A stretch of 28,212 nucleotides of DNA from Candidatus Hydrogenedentota bacterium. Lineage in GTDB: Bacteria > Hydrogenedentota > Hydrogenedentia > Hydrogenedentales > SLHB01. Positions 25,831-28,212 of this stretch are shown here, piece after piece. The notes under the pieces were generated by a model. It did not search any database and was not told the origin of the DNA. It saw nothing but the letters and a program-made list of their open reading frames with translations. A program made the position numbers and the translations under genes. Position 1 is the first letter of the stretch; each line of letters opens with the position of its first letter. The stretch spans positions 1 through 28,212 of the forward strand of contig JAWXCN010000125.1 of the NCBI GenBank assembly GCA_034408725.1, written 5' to 3'.

Positions 25831-27057
25831 GTGAGTTCACCCGCCCTACATCCGCAGGCTAAAGTCGCGTTTGTGCTTGCCGGTCTGTACAACGCCGCCG
25901 AGGCGTTGTGCCAGGTGTTTGTCAGCGTGTACTTCTGGCGCAACAGCCACGACCTGATGGTCCTTTGCTGGTACTACCTTGCGCTGTATTCCGTTACGCC
26001 GGTCATGTTTGTGATTTGCGGTTGGTACTCGAAGGTGCGTGACAGGCTGCACGTTTACCGCATCGGCATTATTCTGCACGCGGTGTACTATGCGACGCTG
26101 CTGGTGTTGCAGGAAGAGTCGGTGAACTACACGTTGCCGCTGGGCGTGTTGCTTGGGATCACGTGGGGCGCGTTCTGGGCGGGCGCCAACACGATCAATT
26201 ACGATGTGACGACCTCGGGGCGCCGCGAACATTTCATTGGGATAATGAATGCGATTAGCCACTTTGCCCGGCTTTGCGCGCCACTGATCAGCGGGTTCAT
26301 CATCACGGCGACTCCCGACCGGCTGCAAGGCTACCACTATGTATTCGCCTCGGTGCTGGTGCTGTATCTGTTGTCGTTTCTCGCCAGTTTCTGGCTCACG
26401 CCTGATCCGCACCGGACCCCGTTCCGGTTGAAGCGCGCGCTGTTTCCACCGAAAGAGCACCGGGACTGGCGCTACGTCATGCTCGCGTCGTTCACGTTGG
26501 CGGGTGCTTTCGAGATTCCTACCAATTTTCTCGGCATTCTGGTGTTCATGGAAACGGACAACGAGTTTACAGTAGGTAGTTATGCCGCGTACCAGGCGCT
26601 TGTCGCGCTTGTCGTTTCGTACGTTTTCGGCTATTGGGTGCGCCCTGAAACGCGACGCCAACATCTGTTCTGGTCGTCCATGTTGCTCGCGGCGAGTGGC
26701 ATCGTATTCTTCTTTCCGATCACGCTGTTGTCGTTGCTCGTGTTCGCGATGCTGCGCTCCGCGGCGATGGCGATGTTCGGAATCAGCCATTTCAGCCTGC
26801 GCATGGAAGTCATCATGAAGACCGCGGAAGACCCGCTTCAGCGGATCGAATACTTGTGCGCGTGGGAGGTGCCGCTGGCGATTGGCCGCACGATAATGAT
26901 GGTGTTGATGATCGCGTTGGCGCTGGCGCTGGATGACGCGAGTTTGGGCATTCGCATCGTGATTATTGTTTTGTGCGCGCTACGCCTTGCCACGTATTAT
27001 TTTCTTTCAAAGACGTCGCTGCTTGGGAAGTCGCGAACAGATTCGGTGGCGTCGTAG
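25831..27057 (+). CDS. MFS-type transporter
   Basis: 408 aa with about 12 hydrophobic segments in two bundles; GTG start uncertain. Confidence 0.8.
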   Translation: MSSPALHPQAKVAFVLAGLYNAAEALCQVFVSVYFWRNSHDLMVLCWYYLALYSVTPVMFVICGWYSKVRDRLHVYRIGIILHAVYYATLLVLQEESVNYTLPLGVLLGITWGAFWAGANTINYDVTTSGRREHFIGIMNAISHFARLCAPLISGFIITATPDRLQGYHYVFASVLVLYLLSFLASFWLTPDPHRTPFRLKRALFPPKEHRDWRYVMLASFTLAGAFEIPTNFLGILVFMETDNEFTVGSYAAYQALVALVVSYVFGYWVRPETRRQHLFWSSMLLAASGIVFFFPITLLSLLVFAMLRSAAMAMFGISHFSLRMEVIMKTAEDPLQRIEYLCAWEVPLAIGRTIMMVLMIALALALDDASLGIRIVIIVLCALRLATYYFLSKTSLLGKSRTDSVAS

Positions 27058-27068
27058 ATCGTGCGCCC

Positions 27069-27098
27069 TTGCGGTAAACCGCAGCATGGTGGCATACT
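27069..27098 (+). promoter_or_regulatory. Leaderless parDE promoter TTGCGG-18-CATACT with the palindrome TGCGGT-AA-ACCGCA over the -35 box
   Basis: TG extended-10, ATG 6 nt after the -10 box, no SD; perfect 6-2-6 inverted repeat at 27070-27083. Confidence 0.6.
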
Positions 27099-27104
27099 TT
27101 CCCC

Positions 27105-27359
27105 ATGAATATAACCCTGCCAGATGCCCTCGCTATCCGCTTGAACCAGCAGGCGGCGGAACATGGCTTCGACTCGATCGGGCCTTTCATCGAGGCACTA
27201 CTTGACTACGATAGCGTACGAATTGATCATGAGCATCTTGAAGAACTGCTTCTTGATGGCATCGAAAGCGGGGGCGCGGTCGAAGCAACTCCTGAGTTTT
27301 GGCAAAAGCAAAAGCGGGAGTTCGTGGAGAATCATCCAGATGCGGCGGAGTATCTTTGA
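27105..27359 (+). CDS. ParD-like ribbon-helix-helix antitoxin
   Basis: MNITLPD beta strand, LEELLLDGIESG..TPEFW acidic C-terminus; TTGA overlap with the toxin. Confidence 0.82.
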   Translation: MNITLPDALAIRLNQQAAEHGFDSIGPFIEALLDYDSVRIDHEHLEELLLDGIESGGAVEATPEFWQKQKREFVENHPDAAEYL

Positions 27360-27664
27360 AGCTTCCGATACGACTTCGGAATCGGGCGATTCAAGACACC
27401 CAAAAACAGGCTGCATTCATTGCGAGAGAAAGTACGGAATCAGCATTACGATTCTATGATGCAATCGATGAAGCGTGCAGTCATTTGGCGCGCTGGGCTG
27501 GTACGGGACTCATCTACAAATCCTCAAAGGAACGATATTCGAATATTCGGATTTGGCCGGTCTCTGGCTTCAAACGGCACTTGATCTTTTACCAATTCAT
27601 GCCTGATCAAATCGTCATCATTCGAATTCTGCATTCCGCGCGCGATATTCGAAGGATTTTATGA
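27356..27664 (+). CDS. RelE/ParE-family toxin
   Basis: AIQD..FIA..SALRF, RIWPVSGFKRHLIFY and IIRILHSARDI motifs; TTG start with a GGAG SD. Confidence 0.88.
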   Translation: MKLPIRLRNRAIQDTQKQAAFIARESTESALRFYDAIDEACSHLARWAGTGLIYKSSKERYSNIRIWPVSGFKRHLIFYQFMPDQIVIIRILHSARDIRRIL

Positions 27665-27689
27665 CAATTTTAAGGAAAGGACGAATCGA

Positions 27690-28212
27690 GTGAAGACCCG
27701 TTGCGAGTGGGCGAGGACCCCGCTCGATCAGGAGTACCACGACGCGGAATGGGGCGTGCCGGTGCGCGATGACCGAACGTTGTTCGAGTTTCTGATACTC
27801 GAAGGCGCGCAGGCCGGGTTGTCGTGGTCTACGATTCTGAGGAAGCGGAGCAACTATCTTGCGGCGTATGACAACTTTGACGCCGCGAAGGTCGCCCGTT
27901 ACGACGCGCGCCGCAAAGAGAAACTCCTGTTGAACGAAGGGATTGTGCGCAACCGGCTCAAAGTCGAGGCTTCGGTAGTGAATGCGCGCGCATTTCTTGC
28001 CGTGCAAAACGAATTCACGAGTTTTGACGCTTACATTTGGCGGTTTGTCGAAGGGAAGCCCAAGATTAACAAATGGGTGTCCTTCCGCGAAGTCCCCGCC
28101 AGCACGCCTGAATCCGATGCAATGAGCAAAGACCTGCGCGTGCGAGAATTCAAATTTGTGGGAACTACCATTTGCTACGCGTTCATGCAGGCTATAGGCA
28201 TGGTGAATGACC
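27690..28212 (+). CDS. tag: DNA-3-methyladenine glycosylase I, 3'-partial (runs off the window)
   Basis: Translated by hand (not in the ORF track): RCEWA..YHDAEWGVP, LEGAQAGLSW, IVRNRLK, FKFVGTTICYAFMQAIGMVND; GTG start with an AGGA SD. Confidence 0.95.
   Translation, partial: MKTRCEWARTPLDQEYHDAEWGVPVRDDRTLFEFLILEGAQAGLSWSTILRKRSNYLAAYDNFDAAKVARYDARRKEKLLLNEGIVRNRLKVEASVVNARAFLAVQNEFTSFDAYIWRFVEGKPKINKWVSFREVPASTPESDAMSKDLRVREFKFVGTTICYAFMQAIGMVND

Noticed and set aside
25539-25943. ORFs in the divergent intergenic region (134 aa minus, 82 aa plus), or a tRNA/riboswitch there
   Set aside because: No protein motifs, partly derived from the heptamer repeat and MFS overlap; no cloverleaf or known aptamer consensus recognised
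25846-26790. 314-aa minus-strand ORF
   Set aside because: Antisense shadow of the MFS transporter
11430-27664. Integron cassette array or prophage as an explanation for the TA modules
   Set aside because: No integrase, attC-like repeats or phage genes; the modules are separated by core genes
27618-28007. 129-aa minus-strand ORF
   Set aside because: Antisense to tag, which the ORF track missed because its stop lies outside the window

Overview
A GC-rich bacterial chromosomal segment. Its DUF1549/DUF1553 cytochrome, Tat-exported DUF1501 and Gfo/Idh/MocA proteins, HEAT-repeat protein and PVC-type CxxCH dehydrogenase suggest a Planctomycetota-like or related lineage (e.g. Hydrogenedentes); the taxon cannot be fixed from the sequence alone. 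Housekeeping genes (rplM-rpsI, phosphomannomutase, tag, a CNNM/CorC transporter) and carbohydrate/redox genes are interleaved with small accessory inserts: an AAA+DUF4143 ATPase, three toxin-antitoxin pairs (a frameshifted PIN, BrnT/BrnA-like, ParDE), a DinB-family gene and a truncated ORF6N gene. The most interesting element is a compact minus-strand regulatory unit at 1367-3254: a 6-TM membrane protein and a winged-helix regulator on an apparently leaderless transcript, then a terminator, then a divergent UppS (cis-prenyltransferase) paralogue. The same CTTTG-N5-CAAAG palindrome sits in front of both transcription units. Also seen: repeated leaderless promoter architecture, a REP doublet, and a palindromic insertion inside the rplM-rpsI operon. 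No CRISPR array, rRNA, tRNA, integrase or transposase was found. All family calls come from recognising motifs by eye, not from database searches.
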